DNA from: Takakia lepidozioides
Lineage: Eukaryota > Plantae > Bryophyta
DNA length: 64,000 bases
Assembly: GCA_030704615.1 (NCBI GenBank)
Contig: CM060732.1
Coordinates: forward strand, 50,716,001-50,780,000
Reading direction: 5' to 3'
Part shown: positions 62,172 through 64,000 of the stretch, piece after piece
Layout of the letters: each line of letters opens with the position of its first letter
Position numbering within the stretch: the first letter of the stretch is position 1
Made by a program: the position numbers and the translations under genes
The notes under the pieces: generated by a model
Seen by the model: only the letters and a program-made list of their open reading frames with translations
What the model was told of the DNA's origin: nothing
Database searches by the model: none

Positions 62172-64000
62172 TCAGATCCGGAACGTGATTGGGTGGGCTT
62201 CTACCTCCTCTGGCACCTTCCTTGCGCAGGGAAATGGAGGTAGAGCCTCAGCGATGGACATTGCTCGCAGTAAATAATTGGCGTACTTGTTGCTGGATGC
62301 AGGTAGTACTCCACTCTTTGGCATACGTGTAGAATGAAGTCTCCCTCTCCCTTCCGGAAGTTGGTTGTCTCCATACCCATGTTCCATACTGATAAAATCC
62401 AGCATTGTAGGATTGAAGATCCAGTCTCCATTGTACCAATTGTAGTCATACAGTGGGAGAAATCTTTGACCAAAATCTGCTATGAACTCGATCGCAGAGA
62501 GAATGTATTCAAACTCCTCGATGTGATACGCGAAGCTGACCCTTGCCCAGCCTGGCTTTATGCCTACACAACCCTGTGATCCAATGAGATTCAGTAATCA
62601 ATACCATTCAGCTTATATGTCAACTAAAGCCCAATATTCCCTCAAATTTGAGGGTGTGCACAGGCTGCAAATGAACCAAAGCAGCACTAAATATTCCTGC
62701 ATCAACATTTTCCTCTCAGTCTCCATGGCCTTCAACGTATTCTCCAAACTTTGTTTCCTCATCTCTCTTTGACCCTATTTCTCGGACATCCTTGAAGCGA
62801 TCAAGTGGAATAACTACGTATACATGCACTCAGAGACGTGTGCACAACTTCTAGTGAACTACTATACTTCACAGATTCTTCCACCACCAATGAACAAAGC
62901 ATTCGTGCAAAATAATTGTTAAGCTAATCATGAAGCTGGCCATCATTGTGTCGAAAATCCACGAATTATGCTTTGGACAGACGACGTACTTTCGATACTG
63001 CATTGTGAACGCCTAACGATAGCTCCTCATCCATTCCCAAGATAACATGACCGTATGGACCCGCACATGAACAACCTCCTCTTGCTTGAATTCCAAACAA
63101 ATCGTTGAGCAACTTCACTATAAACCGGCCATGCAGTGGCTTCTCTCTTTGCGTTGGTGTCACTGGATTGTTCCGAGTCATCGGACCTTGCCTTCTATTC
63201 TTCAATCCCGAGTCAATCTGCTCTGAAGACTGGGACTCTCGATGTGGCAAGTGGCAGTGGAAGGGGCTACACGATGAGCTTAATGGCATCCTGGTCCCCG
63301 AATTTTCCAAAATCTTTAACGAAGACCGTCCATGACTCTCGTCCCGAGCAACTTGAGATACAACGTCCTCAACCGTAAAAGTTTGAATCTCCGGTTCAAG
63401 ATCAATATCGTGCAGATCGCTGTGAGGAGCAGCTAGTAGCTAAAGGATTTGTAGAATATGGGTTAGCACATGGGTTTTGTGGAGATATCTGTGATGGCCT
63501 TCTTGAGGGTCCTCGCGATATGTTCAGGAGCTTATTGGCCAACGACCTTAACAGAGACCGCCGATGACTGTCGTTTAATGTAACTGACTCACCCTGCTTA
63601 TAAATATGAGACTCATCCAGAGGACTAGATGTGTGCACAATAAAGGATAGGATTGATGATCGTCTGGCTGTAGTGCTCCCCATGATGAGCATGTTCTTGT
63701 GCTTTCTCAGCTTTTCCATGGCAGATTCAATGAAGAACGACTGAGGTTAGTGCCCATGATCTCCTCTTTCACCCAGAACGCGAGGGCGCATCGAATCTTC
63801 TGAAGGATCGGCGGAGTGCCAGCATCCTCCCGACCTTCGATATCTTCAAGATATATAGTGTGCTGTCAATGGCACAACGTACGTTGAATCATATGAAAAC
63901 ACGCACTTGAGACAAAATTTTCGAGGACCATAATCATGTATAGTCATCAATTGCTACCCAAGATACTGAAACGACTGTATCCGCCCTGGAAATTGTTGTG
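62172..64000 (-). pseudogene. 3' part of a class-V aminotransferase / cysteine desulfurase-like gene, with apparent frameshifts; continues beyond the window
   Basis: REDAGTPPILQKIRCALAFWVK, ILSFIV, LHGRFIVKLLNDLFGIQARGGCSCAGPYGH, GIKPGWARVSF...EFEYILSAIEF. Frame breaks near 63745 and 63400. Confidence 0.78.

Overview
Land-plant nuclear DNA, probably a bryophyte or lycophyte (spliceosomal introns, a PPR-DYW remnant, nuclear-encoded plastid RPS9, dirigent genes, a Tcn1-type chromovirus). About two thirds of the window is transposon-derived. Host genes: three dirigent-like genes, an RlmE/FtsJ rRNA 2'-O-methyltransferase, plastid RPS9, a PPR-DYW pseudogene and a partial, damaged class-V aminotransferase/cysteine desulfurase-like gene. 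Mobile elements: two copies of one Ty3/gypsy chromovirus family (one truncated; one full length and nested in an L1-like LINE) and a nested stack at 9.2-31.2 kb (non-autonomous CACTA > 20.5-kb CACTA > ~11-kb Mutator-like element). The Mutator-like element is the most notable object. Head-to-head with its GCM-like/DDE/SWIM transposase it carries a spliced ~960-codon gene that fuses a ParB/Srx-like domain to a prokaryote-type beta-class amino (N4-C/N6-A) DNA methyltransferase domain. Its non-coding DNA holds three arrays of related palindromes, mostly centred on GTYRAC. This is a candidate transposon-encoded, sequence-targeted DNA-marking or anti-silencing system. All calls are by-eye motif recognition; no searches were run.
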